From IMG/VR virus record IMGVR_UViG_3300029908_000007, positions 1-64,000 of that record: a stretch of 64,000 nt of DNA, one strand, 5' to 3'. Below are positions 46,098-56,588 of the stretch, in pieces. How positions within the stretch are numbered: position 1 is the first letter of the stretch; each line of letters starts with the position of its first letter. Under the pieces are notes generated by a model. That model was not told the origin of the DNA. It saw only the letters and a program-made list of their open reading frames with translations, and made no database searches. Source of the DNA: a virus. Position numbers and translations under genes: made by a program.

Positions 46098-48236
46098 ATG
46101 AATCAGCAATTAGTCACTCCAAATGTGTCGACAAACATTCCAGGCACTTATGTTAATTATACCGTACTAAGTCAGCCAATCGGCGTAACTTCCAGCGGTA
46201 TTCTTTTGATCATGGGCGAAGCCGCAGGCGGCCCTAGCTACGAACAAGTCGCGCTTAAAAACAGCGTTTACACACCCGATCAGCTTCAAAAGGTCATCCA
46301 GACCTACACCAGCGGTCAGATCGTCGACGCTTTCCAGGCCATTACCGCTCCTTCTAACGACGCCAACATCTCGGGTACCGCTACCCAAATCTACGTCGTT
46401 AAGACCAACACGGGAACCAAAGCTAATGCGACACTTCCTAGTTCTTATGGAACGCTAACCGATATCAACTGGGGAGTTCTTGGAAATCAAGACCAATATC
46501 AAACTTTAGCTGTTCAAGCCGAAGTCGCTCCCACTGTGACCGGTGGAACCATTCCTTCTTTCAGTGCAACTCCCAACGCTACTTTTACCGTTCGCTTGAA
46601 CGGTGGCGCTGCTATGGTTGCAACGGTTGGATCCGGTCCCTATACTACGGGCGCTCAAGTCGCTGCTTCCATCACCGGGCTCCCATCTGGTATCACCGCT
46701 AGCGGTAACGCTACTTCTATCACTTTAACTGTCACTGCAGACGCTTCTGCTTGGGGTAAAGGTTGGGGTAAGAGCTTCGAGCTTATCGACAGCACTCCAG
46801 GCGATCTGGCAGCTTTAGGTCTTGCTCCTGGTTTGACCGTTTCTTCGGAAGAACCTGAAATCGAACTCCAAGATTCCAATGCTTCTCGCGGTGTCAGCGA
46901 AACCTTAACTGCCAACGCAGCGGTAGCTCTTGCTGTTGGTTATGCTGGAACCACAGCTACTCTCACTATTGCCTTGGTTTCTGGCGTCTATACCTTAACC
47001 ACAACGGTTACCGGCGGCAGCGGTGGAAATCTGAGCATTAACTTAAGCCAGTATTCCACAATCGGCGCTTTGGCGACATTCATTGCAAGTCAAATCGGCT
47101 ACTCCGCCACTGTCATTCCTGCCGCTAATTCTCTTCCTACTTCGGCATTGGACGCGGTTTCTGCAATAGGTATTTGCGCAACTGGCGCTGGAGACGAACC
47201 CGGTCGTATTAAAATGGGACTTTATCAGTTCGAACAAGCGATGGCCACCAGCAAACAGTTGGTTTTCACGCCAATCGCAACCGCAGGGCTTCCCGCTCCT
47301 ATGACCGCCCCCGCTTATCTGACTGGCGGAACCATCGGCGCCACTCTGGCTGCTGATATCGTTAATGTCGTCGACACCCTGGGCGGTGTAAACGTTGACA
47401 TTATCGTTCCATTGTTCTCGCAAAACGCTAGCGCCGATATCATCGCTGGTTTGACGGATCCTGCTTCGACTTATACGATTGCCGCTATCAATGCATTGCT
47501 TAAGAGTCATTGTATTGAGGAAAGCAATCCGAGCCTTAACAGAAACCGTATTTGTATCTTGTCTATGAACAGTACGTTTGCAATTGCCGCAGCCGCCGCT
47601 CAAGGCCTTGCAAGCGCTCTGTGTTCTTTGACCTTCCAGAATGTAACACAGGTTAATAGCCTTGGTGTTATCACTCAGTTCCAACCTTGGTACGCCTCGG
47701 TTGTCGCTGCTGGCATGCAGTTGGGCGGATTTTACAAAGCCATTGTAAACAAATACGCAAACCTGATCAGTATCATCGATCCATCGGACTACGATAGTGG
47801 GTCTCCTGGCGATACCTCAGAAGCTTTGTCTGCTGGTTTGCTTCCTCTATATACCGATATCGGTGGACCTAAATGGGTTAGCGATCAAACAACCTACGGA
47901 ATCGATTCCAACTTTGTGTGGAATTCAATCCAGGCCGTGTACGACGCCAACTTGATCGCAAAAGATCTGAAAGTCAGTTTCACCAATGCTTTTGTTGGTC
48001 AAAGTTTGGCCGACGTTTCCGCAGCATCAGCTTCTGCTTTCTTAACGCAGAAGATGGCTGGCTACATGCAGCTTAAACTGATTGCGCCTAGCAATGGTGC
48101 CCCACTTGGTTTCAACAATGCGAAGATCACAATTGTCGCACCTACAATGACCGTGGCCGTGAACATCTATCTCGCAACGGCGATTTATTTTATTCCAATC
48201 AGCTTCAGTATCTCAGCTGTGGAACAATCGGCTTAA
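46098..48236 (+). CDS. Tail sheath protein
   Basis: IPGTY, IMGEAAGGP, YLTGG, FVGQ motifs; 712 aa; followed by the tube gene. Confidence 0.9.
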   Translation: MNQQLVTPNVSTNIPGTYVNYTVLSQPIGVTSSGILLIMGEAAGGPSYEQVALKNSVYTPDQLQKVIQTYTSGQIVDAFQAITAPSNDANISGTATQIYVVKTNTGTKANATLPSSYGTLTDINWGVLGNQDQYQTLAVQAEVAPTVTGGTIPSFSATPNATFTVRLNGGAAMVATVGSGPYTTGAQVAASITGLPSGITASGNATSITLTVTADASAWGKGWGKSFELIDSTPGDLAALGLAPGLTVSSEEPEIELQDSNASRGVSETLTANAAVALAVGYAGTTATLTIALVSGVYTLTTTVTGGSGGNLSINLSQYSTIGALATFIASQIGYSATVIPAANSLPTSALDAVSAIGICATGAGDEPGRIKMGLYQFEQAMATSKQLVFTPIATAGLPAPMTAPAYLTGGTIGATLAADIVNVVDTLGGVNVDIIVPLFSQNASADIIAGLTDPASTYTIAAINALLKSHCIEESNPSLNRNRICILSMNSTFAIAAAAAQGLASALCSLTFQNVTQVNSLGVITQFQPWYASVVAAGMQLGGFYKAIVNKYANLISIIDPSDYDSGSPGDTSEALSAGLLPLYTDIGGPKWVSDQTTYGIDSNFVWNSIQAVYDANLIAKDLKVSFTNAFVGQSLADVSAASASAFLTQKMAGYMQLKLIAPSNGAPLGFNNAKITIVAPTMTVAVNIYLATAIYFIPISFSISAVEQSA

Positions 48237-48258
48237 TTTAGTATAAGGAGAATGAAAA

Positions 48259-48789
48259 ATGGCTGGAGCACAACTACCTAATTTAAATCCCACCAATGGT
48301 GGAACAGGTCAAAGCTACACCGTAACTGGTGGAAGAGCTTTGCTTTATTTACCTAATCAATCTGGGCAACTGGTGTTGGCTGGGACCTTTGATACCGTTA
48401 GCAGAGGCCGAGGACTTGGGACTGAAGCAATTCATACCCTCGGTCAATATTCGGCCCGCGAAATTGCAATTACTTCTTACAACGAAGTTACTGTAAATTG
48501 TAGCGGATTCCGTGTAGTCGGAGCTGGAACTACGGTTCTTGGTCATTTCCCCACACTTGCTGAGATCTTAAACTATTCATCTGTCACAATCAAAGTTGTT
48601 GACAGGCAGACTGGCGATACGATTTTAGTCGTAACCGGCGCTGTTCCTACTACAGACAATGAGAACTATTCGAGCCGAGCCACCACCAAGACATCGATTT
48701 CTTATACGGGAATCGCGGCTTTCGATGAATCGACCACTGATTCTTCGGGTAATCCGACAGATGGTGAAGGCACGCCAAGTTGGCCATAA
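48259..48789 (+). CDS. Tail tube protein
   Basis: Follows the sheath; IHTLG...EIAIT.Y..VT.NCSGFRV. Confidence 0.8.
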   Translation: MAGAQLPNLNPTNGGTGQSYTVTGGRALLYLPNQSGQLVLAGTFDTVSRGRGLGTEAIHTLGQYSAREIAITSYNEVTVNCSGFRVVGAGTTVLGHFPTLAEILNYSSVTIKVVDRQTGDTILVVTGAVPTTDNENYSSRATTKTSISYTGIAAFDESTTDSSGNPTDGEGTPSWP

Positions 48790-48822
48790 GTATTTGACAC
48801 TACATAGTTAAATTATTATTTG

Positions 48823-48855
48823 AGGCCGTCAAAATAAAAACTTGACGGCCTTTTT
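48823..48855 (+). terminator. Intrinsic terminator after the tail tube gene
   Basis: AGGCCGTCAA-loop-TTGACGGCCT followed by TTTT. Confidence 0.85.
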
Positions 48856-48875
48856 ATATATGATATAGTGGGTAT

Positions 48876-50210
48876 ATGAATAGAACTTGGACTTTAGAAA
48901 AATTACAGAACGAAGCTATAAAATACACAAAAAGATCTGCTTTCCAAAAGGGAAGTAAGACGGCCTACAATACGGCTCAGCGCAAAAACCTACTGGACAT
49001 TATCTGTAAGCACATGGAAGCCTTTAACATCAATGGCGACAGAAATCCTAATTTTAAATGGTCCCTGGATATTTTAAAACAAGAAGCTCTGAAGTACAAT
49101 TCAAAAAGCGAATTTAAAGATAAAAATCCAAAAGCTTACCACGCAGCTTGGTACAGCGATGTGCTAGATGAAATCTGCTCCCATATGAAAAACCTTCTCC
49201 ATTATTGGACGGACGAAGAATTGGCCAAAGAAGCTTTAAAACATAAAAGCAGAACCAAATTTGAAGAAAAAAGCGGAAGTGCCTATCTAACCGCTTGTAG
49301 ACGAGGTCTTATAGATGAAATCTGCGTACATGCTCCAAAAAATGAGAAGAAAAGCTATGTACAAAAAGAAATATTTGATTTCATTAACTCTTTTTATCCT
49401 GATACCGTATACGATACTAGAAAAGTAATATCTCCGTTGGAACTAGATATTTACATACCATCATTGAAGCTAGCCATTGAATATTGTGGCCTATATTGGC
49501 ACTCAGAAGAATATAAAGAAAATAGCTACCATTATGATAAAATGAAATTTTGCAATGAAAAAGGTATAAGACTGATTACAATATTTGAAGATGAATGGCT
49601 AAAAAGGCAGGATCAAGTAAAGAACCTTCTTAAGTCGGTTATCAATAAAAATGAGTTCAAAATAATGGGAAGGAAAACTAAAATTAAAGAAGTGCCCAAA
49701 AAAGAAGCTAAAGAATTCTTAGAACAAAATCATATTCAAGGGTCTTCTGTATTTGAAATATCGTTTGGTTTGTATTATTTTAACGAACTACAAGCAGTAA
49801 TTACCGGCAACAAACATCATAGACAAGGCCATTCCGACACGCTAGTTTTAAATAGATTGGCTTTTAAGACCGATGTGTCTATTGCTGGAGGCCCTTCTAA
49901 ACTTTTCAATCGTTTAGTGAGCTATGCGAAAGAAAGGGGATACAAGAGGTTAATTTCCTGGTCCGACAATAGGTGGTCTGAAGGAAATGTTTACAAAAAG
50001 TTAGAATTTGAATTAACTGAAAATTTACCTGCCGACTATTCTTATTTTAGCAATCAGTCTAGAATATCCAAACAATCTTGTCAGAAAAAGATGTTAATTA
50101 AAAAAGGTGCTAAAGGAGATATGTCTATGACCGAAAAAGAATTGGCTTTAAGTCTAGGTCTATATAGAATTTATGACTGCGGTAAGAAACAGTGGTCCAT
50201 TAATTTATAG
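48876..50210 (+). CDS. Hef-like homing endonuclease with N-terminal helical repeats
   Basis: WT.E.L..EA.KY repeats; ELDIYIP...IEYCGLYWH; C-terminal half closely similar to 24173..25570. Confidence 0.82.
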   Translation: MNRTWTLEKLQNEAIKYTKRSAFQKGSKTAYNTAQRKNLLDIICKHMEAFNINGDRNPNFKWSLDILKQEALKYNSKSEFKDKNPKAYHAAWYSDVLDEICSHMKNLLHYWTDEELAKEALKHKSRTKFEEKSGSAYLTACRRGLIDEICVHAPKNEKKSYVQKEIFDFINSFYPDTVYDTRKVISPLELDIYIPSLKLAIEYCGLYWHSEEYKENSYHYDKMKFCNEKGIRLITIFEDEWLKRQDQVKNLLKSVINKNEFKIMGRKTKIKEVPKKEAKEFLEQNHIQGSSVFEISFGLYYFNELQAVITGNKHHRQGHSDTLVLNRLAFKTDVSIAGGPSKLFNRLVSYAKERGYKRLISWSDNRWSEGNVYKKLEFELTENLPADYSYFSNQSRISKQSCQKKMLIKKGAKGDMSMTEKELALSLGLYRIYDCGKKQWSINL

Positions 50211-50276
50211 CACCCACAACCTCTTGTTTTACCTACTCTTTTTGGATTCAGACCCCCTAAAAACAATCTTTACCTT

Positions 50277-52130
50277 ATGGCGACAGAAACTCCTAAAACC
50301 GGCCCAACATATATCCATGGTGTTGGATCTAGCACTGCAATTGATACTGCCGGAGAAATTGTGGATTTGGCCGGTATCGACTGTTCTGCACTTCTGCAAG
50401 GCCCATTTTCCTGGGAACATCAAAATACTCAACCAAATCAACTAGTTGGAAAAATATTAGAATACAAAAAGATCTTTTCTGAAGCTGATTGCGAAAACGA
50501 ACATCACAAACGCTTTTGGGAAAAATGCCAAAATCCGTTCCTTTATGTAATGGGACGTCTTTTTGATGATAAAAAGGACTCTTCAAAAGAAGTCGCTGCC
50601 TTATTCATAGACGATGCGGAACATCCTGATGAGCCCCCAATGGTTGGATTCAGCATCGAGGGCAGCAAAGTCGACAAAAAGGGTATTATAGTGACAAAAT
50701 CTATTGCTCGCAAAGTAACCGTGACAAATGCTCCCGCCAATAAACAGTGCGTCGCCGAACTCATTCCCGGCCCTGAAGTCAAACAAAAATCCGAAGACTC
50801 CATCTTTAAATCCGAATTCACCCATACCATCGATCTTGTAAAAACCGAACTTAAAAAAGACGGCAACATGCCCGCTCCTGCGGCCTCACCAAAACCTGAT
50901 CTGGGTTGGACCGCTAATCCTACCCCTTTTGGTAATCCTATGAGCAATCTAATGTCAGGACTTGGAATGGGTAAAAAAGAAATGAAAAAATCCCAGGTTC
51001 CTGGTAGCAAATATCCGCCGAAGTCTGATGTTAAGCCTGGAACTCCTCCCCAAGAAAAAGTTGGAGGCATTCCTAAGTTTGGACCCATTGCTAAACCAAC
51101 ACCCAAACCTTTAGAAAAAGCCCGTGTTGATGAAGGCAAGACTCCGGAACGAAAAGCTTGGGATAGATCTGCTAGAAATGATAGAACTGGCACCACAACT
51201 ACAACTTGGATTAAACGTCCTAGTGCGGTTGGAGAATTGCTGGGTGCAAAACCTAAAAAAGAAACTCAAACCAATACTCGTTCCCATGCAGCCGCCGGTA
51301 ACATCGATATGAGAATCGGAACTGCCGCAACCCCAGGACATGCGCCCAGAACATCGTCTACACATGGCGGTGGGACCGTTACGTCGAGTAGAAAAGTAAT
51401 AGGTACACCTGCTAAATCAATGCAAAAAGCAATGACCGCTGGATCCGGTATGGCTGGACCCGGTACCCTTAGTGGTGGTGCCGCGCTTAGTAAGGAAAGT
51501 CTTGACAAGAAGATGAAAAAGGCCGAACTTTTGAAACGCGCCAAAGAAGCCTACCAGACCTGGGAAAAGAGAGAAGCTTTTGAGAATTTTATGGCAAAAA
51601 GTATGCCAGAACTTACGAAGCATGAAATTATTGCTATTGGTCAAACGATTGCTTTGTCTAAGTCCTTAAAAGCTGAAGCCAAATTAGCCAAGATGCTAAC
51701 TTCTAAAGAAGCTATTGATGAGAACGAAATCGGGACCAAGTTCGACAAGAACATGGCAGGCGACAATATCAGTTCTTATGTTTCGCCTGCAACTGGCAAT
51801 CTAGGTGCTTCTGAAGATTTTAAGAAAGCTGAAAAGAAAGCCCCTGGTGAATATGGTAATGTTGAGCCACATACTAGCCATAAAGGTATGATGGGTTTAG
51901 GTTTCGACTTTCACATGAAACAGAGTGGGATCCATAAGGAACACGCCGAAAAAGCCCATACTAGCGGAAATAAAGATTTGGGCCAGAAGCACCGTGAAAT
52001 GGCCGAAATGCATCGCATGTATACTCACGCTCTTCCTCATGAAAAAGATGAGCCGGGTCGTGATTATTCTTCCGCTGAAAAAAGCGCTAAAAAATTAAGG
52101 ATTGCCTTAACAAAATCTGAATCTGAATAG
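50277..52130 (+). CDS. Prohead protease with a long C-terminal extension
   Basis: SSTAIDTAGE, WEH (His), GFSIEG (Ser), PAN; the extension contains many K[SA] motifs. Confidence 0.85.
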   Translation: MATETPKTGPTYIHGVGSSTAIDTAGEIVDLAGIDCSALLQGPFSWEHQNTQPNQLVGKILEYKKIFSEADCENEHHKRFWEKCQNPFLYVMGRLFDDKKDSSKEVAALFIDDAEHPDEPPMVGFSIEGSKVDKKGIIVTKSIARKVTVTNAPANKQCVAELIPGPEVKQKSEDSIFKSEFTHTIDLVKTELKKDGNMPAPAASPKPDLGWTANPTPFGNPMSNLMSGLGMGKKEMKKSQVPGSKYPPKSDVKPGTPPQEKVGGIPKFGPIAKPTPKPLEKARVDEGKTPERKAWDRSARNDRTGTTTTTWIKRPSAVGELLGAKPKKETQTNTRSHAAAGNIDMRIGTAATPGHAPRTSSTHGGGTVTSSRKVIGTPAKSMQKAMTAGSGMAGPGTLSGGAALSKESLDKKMKKAELLKRAKEAYQTWEKREAFENFMAKSMPELTKHEIIAIGQTIALSKSLKAEAKLAKMLTSKEAIDENEIGTKFDKNMAGDNISSYVSPATGNLGASEDFKKAEKKAPGEYGNVEPHTSHKGMMGLGFDFHMKQSGIHKEHAEKAHTSGNKDLGQKHREMAEMHRMYTHALPHEKDEPGRDYSSAEKSAKKLRIALTKSESE

Positions 52131-52190
52131 ATCTTAATTTCCCCTTGACAAATTCTATCTCTTATAATAACCTCTGTACTGGGAGGCATT

Positions 52191-52553
52191 ATGGGCACAA
52201 AAGTGTTTTGTTACAGGAATTTACACCAAAAAGGCGTCGTTTGGTCAGTAAAAAATGTTAAAACCGGATTAGTAATAGATAGATCTAAAACCGTATACAT
52301 TTCAATGGCCGATCTCATAGTTTCTCAAGCCGGACGCGATAGAGTGATAAGAGAGAAGAGAAAGCATGTCCACGCCGGTATCAGGGGTAAAAGGATCAAA
52401 GCAGCCCCTAAGAATGTGGTTTGGATTAAAGCTACTTACAATCCATACTTATATAACTCTTTTGTTACTTCCGAAGATGAAATTCCTATTCATTCTGCCA
52501 GATATGCTAAATTAAATAGGTTTGGTTTGTGGATTGGAAACCTTAAGCGTTGA
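52191..52553 (+). CDS. Conserved phage hypothetical protein
   Basis: YRNLH..WSV...AGR.RV.RE.RK.VHA...TYNPY...SFV; TTGACA/TATAAT promoter upstream. Confidence 0.75.
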   Translation: MGTKVFCYRNLHQKGVVWSVKNVKTGLVIDRSKTVYISMADLIVSQAGRDRVIREKRKHVHAGIRGKRIKAAPKNVVWIKATYNPYLYNSFVTSEDEIPIHSARYAKLNRFGLWIGNLKR

Positions 52554-53145
52554 AATATCTAGCATTCCCAACAGGATGTAGGTCGATATGAATCCATGTT
52601 GGAGTATTGCGTTCCATCCTAATCCCGTACTTCTCTAAAAATGGTTCCAAGATCCCATGCGTTTGTTCTATTGTAAGTTTAGGACTGCAATCGAAATCGC
52701 AAGCCAAAAACTGGGCATGGACATCGTTTGGAATTGCCTTGACTACTTGAGCGTTATACTCCGGAGAACGATACATACAATGCACGGATATAGGGCACCC
52801 CAGCAACGTCCTAATTTCTTCCATCTTATTGCAAAGTACTACTAGTTTTGCTTTCCCATCATCAGTTAAGCCGTCTGCTGCCGTAGCCAGTCGATTCCAA
52901 CTATGTAAAGTAACGGCATCTCCCACAGTGAAATGGGGGGTAATGGAGTAGTCCTTGTTGGTCCAGTCGATCGCCCCCACAGGGGTGATCCCAGCAGCAG
53001 GCGAGGAAGACTCAGGAGCCACCGCAGGTTCTTCCTTAGGCGCCCCAATAGGGATATCTACCGAGATCTCTGTCTTTCCATCAGCCTTATTACTAAGAAA
53101 ACTTAACAGTATCTTACCCAATGTAGCCCAAATCGAATCGCCCAT
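52543..53145 (-). CDS. Peptidase M15A-family endolysin
   Basis: HF...YRSPEYN...H....ACD...WIHID. Confidence 0.85.
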   Translation of the reverse strand: MGDSIWATLGKILLSFLSNKADGKTEISVDIPIGAPKEEPAVAPESSSPAAGITPVGAIDWTNKDYSITPHFTVGDAVTLHSWNRLATAADGLTDDGKAKLVVLCNKMEEIRTLLGCPISVHCMYRSPEYNAQVVKAIPNDVHAQFLACDFDCSPKLTIEQTHGILEPFLEKYGIRMERNTPTWIHIDLHPVGNARYFNA

Positions 53146-53207
53146 ATTATCTCCTTGACATCGGAATCTTTAACTGGTAACCTTATAAAGATTGTCGTGG
53201 TAAATAC

Positions 53208-53522
53208 ATGAGATTAGACATAGTTTTTGGGTCGGATGGGACAAAAAAGAGAGTAGTTTGGGATCAATCTCTTGAGTCCTTCCCAAAGCTCATGTTGTAC
53301 CAGGGCAAGAAATGGGAATGGGCAATGTATAAGGAAACACCATACGCGGATTACGAACTCATTTATTCCCAACTCCCTACCTATGACCCCAATTTCTACG
53401 TGAACGACTACACGGTTTTCGAAGACAGATTTGAGAAAAGCATTGGCTGCGAATGCGGAGCACATTGGACCAGCTTTCCAAATTTTCACATGTTTTATTG
53501 TAAAAAATGGGTAGCCTGGTAA
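53208..53522 (+). CDS. Hypothetical protein with C-terminal CECG..H..C motif
   Basis: ORF track; promoter motif upstream. Confidence 0.6.
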   Translation: MRLDIVFGSDGTKKRVVWDQSLESFPKLMLYQGKKWEWAMYKETPYADYELIYSQLPTYDPNFYVNDYTVFEDRFEKSIGCECGAHWTSFPNFHMFYCKKWVAW

Positions 53523-53890
53523 TGGGTTACAAAAGCCTCTACACAGAACTCGCCTCTGCTTTAGATCACCTAGGTGTAGCGGTTTGCGATCACGACTACA
53601 TGGGCTATTGCTTTCAAACCCTGGGTCTCAGAGGTTTTATCTATATCAAAAGTCGCCTGACCTACAAGGAGAAGTACATGGCACTCTGTCATGAAACCGG
53701 CCACCTGTTTTACATGAAAAAGGGTAAAACGTTGAACTGGTCGAAAAAGCCCAGAACCGAAGAACAAGCCAATTGGTTCGCCATGCAACTGCTTAGACGC
53801 AACGGAATCGACGTCGAAGAATACAAAGAATTTTACAACAAAGCATTAGTAGCTGTTAAAAAAAGAAAGAAATCGTGGTTTGAAATATGA
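53522..53890 (+). CDS. ImmA/IrrE-family metallopeptidase
   Basis: LCHETGH...EEQANWFAMQLL. Confidence 0.8.
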   Translation: MGYKSLYTELASALDHLGVAVCDHDYMGYCFQTLGLRGFIYIKSRLTYKEKYMALCHETGHLFYMKKGKTLNWSKKPRTEEQANWFAMQLLRRNGIDVEEYKEFYNKALVAVKKRKKSWFEI

Positions 53891-53918
53891 ATGGTGACGA
53901 CTTAATCAATTTGCTGGA

Positions 53919-54680
53919 TTAATCGCGCTGTTTGGCGAGTTCGTCGTGGTCGGCATTGATGTAGGTGATGTGGCCGCTTTTGTTGAACCCATAACCCTGT
54001 GGAACATAAATCATAGTACAGCGGCAGTGTGGGTGCAAAAGCAGGATGGAAGGAAAATCTTCTCCCCTTACGTGATAGCCACCGGAAAGCTCTGACAGTT
54101 TAAATAAACGGGGTTGTCCGGAAGGAGTTAGGTGGACTTTTACACACTCCTTGCAGGTCACATTGTCTCTAATAACGATGAATGCCACGGTTGGATCTTT
54201 ATCGCCGGTTTCCGCAGCTTTCCTTGAGATATCCATCAAAGCGCCGAGATTACGAGTTTTCGTGGCTTCTGAGGCCGCAATCCTCTCCATACCGCTCTTG
54301 GCCTTACCCAGTTCTTCTTGTACAACCTGGTTCAGGGCTTCCTCTGGTATGGGTTGATTGGCGATCCTAGCCTCTCTGGCGAGCCCGTCAAGGCGCTCCG
54401 AGATGGCTGTGGTGGTCTTAGCCTTCAAAGACTCGATATACCCAAAGGCACCCCCTAGGATGCCTTTAATGACGTCGTTTTCGGTATGATTGAGGTATCG
54501 ATTGTTCATTGCCTGGATGAACAGCGTGGCCAGGGTAACGCCCTCGGCGAAGCCTATTAGGGTGATTTTCTTATGGTGGAGTTTGGGAATAGGGCCTAAA
54601 AGGCGCAGGGCGGTCTTATCGAAAAGGTCTTCGACTACTCTGTTGATTTGCTCTTTGGACTGAGAAGAGATGCCATACAT
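53919..54680 (-). CDS. Phage head morphogenesis protein (Mu gpF/SPP1 gp7-like)
   Basis: RIA.SE, TCKEC, HPHCRC. Confidence 0.8.
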   Translation of the reverse strand: MYGISSQSKEQINRVVEDLFDKTALRLLGPIPKLHHKKITLIGFAEGVTLATLFIQAMNNRYLNHTENDVIKGILGGAFGYIESLKAKTTTAISERLDGLAREARIANQPIPEEALNQVVQEELGKAKSGMERIAASEATKTRNLGALMDISRKAAETGDKDPTVAFIVIRDNVTCKECVKVHLTPSGQPRLFKLSELSGGYHVRGEDFPSILLLHPHCRCTMIYVPQGYGFNKSGHITYINADHDELAKQRD

Positions 54681-54690
54681 GAAACACTAC

Positions 54691-54888
54691 TTAGTTTTTA
54701 ATAATATTAAACAGAAGAGGAAATTTCTTTTTGAGTTCTGAATTGGTCATAATTTTATTGGGCTCTTTTTCAAGCATTCCCATACCCTTTTTAAATTCTT
54801 TAGATTCCAATTTGAACTTTTTCTTTTCCTTTTCAAAGTCCTTAAGAAATTTATCTACTTCTTTTTCTAATTGTTTTACAGTTTTCAT
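54691..54888 (-). CDS. Small basic protein
   Basis: AAGGA RBS. Confidence 0.5.
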   Translation of the reverse strand: MKTVKQLEKEVDKFLKDFEKEKKKFKLESKEFKKGMGMLEKEPNKIMTNSELKKKFPLLFNIIKN

Positions 54889-54891
54889 AAA

Positions 54892-55530
54892 TCAATCCTT
54901 CTTAACGACTCCATCCACATTGAGAATATTAGAAATGTCTGAAGCCGCTTTTGATTCTTCTTGAGCCCACTTTGCGAAGACGTCGCCGACGATTTTTTCC
55001 TGCATACTGAGAGCTTTCTTGGCGGGTTCCGGCAGGTTGGCCTGGAGTCGTGGGGTGAAGTTAAGAGCAGCCTTAGGGGCTTTACCCATTTTGGTGTTCT
55101 TGATGGCGTCCATGGATTTGGTAAGGTTGATCTGAATTTGAAGTGATTTAATATCTGAAAGCGTCTTCTTGAGATCGCCGAGTTCCATGGAAGTGATTTC
55201 GGATTTGCCAAGCATCCCCTCAAGTTTGGAAATGTGTTGATCGAGTTCGTCGCCATTGGGGTTCTGAGAAACGGGTTGACCCGGCTGTTCCGGGGCTCCG
55301 GCTTCTTCGCCAGGTGCGGCTTCTTCGCCGGGTTGGCCGGGTTGGCCGGGCTGTTGGCCGCCCGCTGCGGCTTGTGCCATAGCGTTGGCATCTTGAACCT
55401 GTTGTGCGGCTTGATCGAGTTGAGATTGCTGGAGACCGGCTTCCACTCCCAACCTGAAAGCCAGGTCAACGGTGCTCTGAAACTTTGTCTTAAGATCTTT
55501 GTATTTTGCTTTGTAGTCGGTTAATGACAT
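54892..55530 (-). CDS. Hypothetical head-associated protein
   Basis: Gln/Pro-rich linker; LGKSE, LTKSM motifs; portal operon. Confidence 0.7.
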   Translation of the reverse strand: MSLTDYKAKYKDLKTKFQSTVDLAFRLGVEAGLQQSQLDQAAQQVQDANAMAQAAAGGQQPGQPGQPGEEAAPGEEAGAPEQPGQPVSQNPNGDELDQHISKLEGMLGKSEITSMELGDLKKTLSDIKSLQIQINLTKSMDAIKNTKMGKAPKAALNFTPRLQANLPEPAKKALSMQEKIVGDVFAKWAQEESKAASDISNILNVDGVVKKD

Positions 55531-55531
55531 A

Positions 55532-56587
55532 TTAGGCTACCTCTTTGAGTGAAACTTCTAAAAATTTAAGGCATTGGTCGACACATGCTTGTCGATCTAG
55601 ATCCCAATCGGTTTCTTTGATATGAAGAATTTCTATCCCTTTATTAGCAAACCAGAAATCCTTGATTTTCTGATAGTTGATCAGATCTTCGTCAGGCCAA
55701 TTAGGCCTACCTCTTTTAAGTCCTTCAAAGCTATGATGATATCTTCCATCAAATTCAATACCTTTACGAAGTTCTGGAATATAGATGTCTAACTCAAAAC
55801 CGTGAATATGAGGTTTTCCTTCTATTTTAACTTTTCGATCCCAAAATTTCTGAGCCTTTGGGTAAAGAGCTTTTATTACATTAAAAAGGTCTATTTCAGC
55901 CAATGAAGAGCCAGTATAGTTACTGTTTGGGAAAACTATTTTATCTAAGAGCTTCCTTTTCCATGCAACCCTGTACAGGTTAGGATTTTCCTTAAGAAAT
56001 TCACCCTGACTCCTATATTTAGAACCCTCTTTTATAACGTAAGAATTGGTATAAAGCGCAAGAGGATGGTTTTCTCCTATAGAATCTGTCATATGACCAC
56101 AAAGATCCTCTAATAGTCCTCTTCTATAGATAGCCATATAAGAATCAAAATCGTGTTCCCTAAAAAGAGATATTTTATCATAAAGAAGGGCTATTTTCTT
56201 TAACTTTTTGTGCGTGTGCTTTTTATTGGAATGCTCGTCTCCCGCCGGATTTGCCTCAACAACATGATCTGTAATTTTGTTAAAAATGCCTCTATTGTGA
56301 GCAAGCACATACTCACTAGGGTATTTTTTTCTGAATTCTTTTTTTGTTTTACAACTTCTGGCTTTTTTCTCAATAGCTGCGTCAGTATGCCTAAATTTAG
56401 GATGATTTTCTCCAAACAAAGTTCCGCTGATCATATGAGAACAAGCTTCTTTAAGAATTCGTCTTTTGTGACATAAAGTGTAAGCACTTCTATCCCCCTT
56501 AGAAAAAGCTCCAGGTGTTTCAAAGGATAGCGCTCTTTTAAACAATTCTTCATTAGAAACTGGTTTGTTGCTTTTCCTTTTCTTCAT
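55532..56587 (-). CDS. PD-(D/E)xK/Vsr-like homing endonuclease with helical repeats
   Basis: GENHP repeats; FELDIYIPELRKGIEFDGRYHH; nuclease domain similar to that of 32153..33160. Confidence 0.8.
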   Translation of the reverse strand: MKKRKSNKPVSNEELFKRALSFETPGAFSKGDRSAYTLCHKRRILKEACSHMISGTLFGENHPKFRHTDAAIEKKARSCKTKKEFRKKYPSEYVLAHNRGIFNKITDHVVEANPAGDEHSNKKHTHKKLKKIALLYDKISLFREHDFDSYMAIYRRGLLEDLCGHMTDSIGENHPLALYTNSYVIKEGSKYRSQGEFLKENPNLYRVAWKRKLLDKIVFPNSNYTGSSLAEIDLFNVIKALYPKAQKFWDRKVKIEGKPHIHGFELDIYIPELRKGIEFDGRYHHSFEGLKRGRPNWPDEDLINYQKIKDFWFANKGIEILHIKETDWDLDRQACVDQCLKFLEVSLKEVA

Positions 56588-56588
56588 T

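Noticed and set aside
54885-55469. Alternative-frame ORF overlapping 54892..55530
   Set aside because: No RBS and implausible composition; a same-strand shadow of the low-complexity gene
24173-56587. Group I introns or inteins housing the endonucleases
   Set aside because: Flanking genes look complete and the endonuclease ORFs abut them with no room for ribozyme cores; no intein motifs were seen in terminase, portal or helicase
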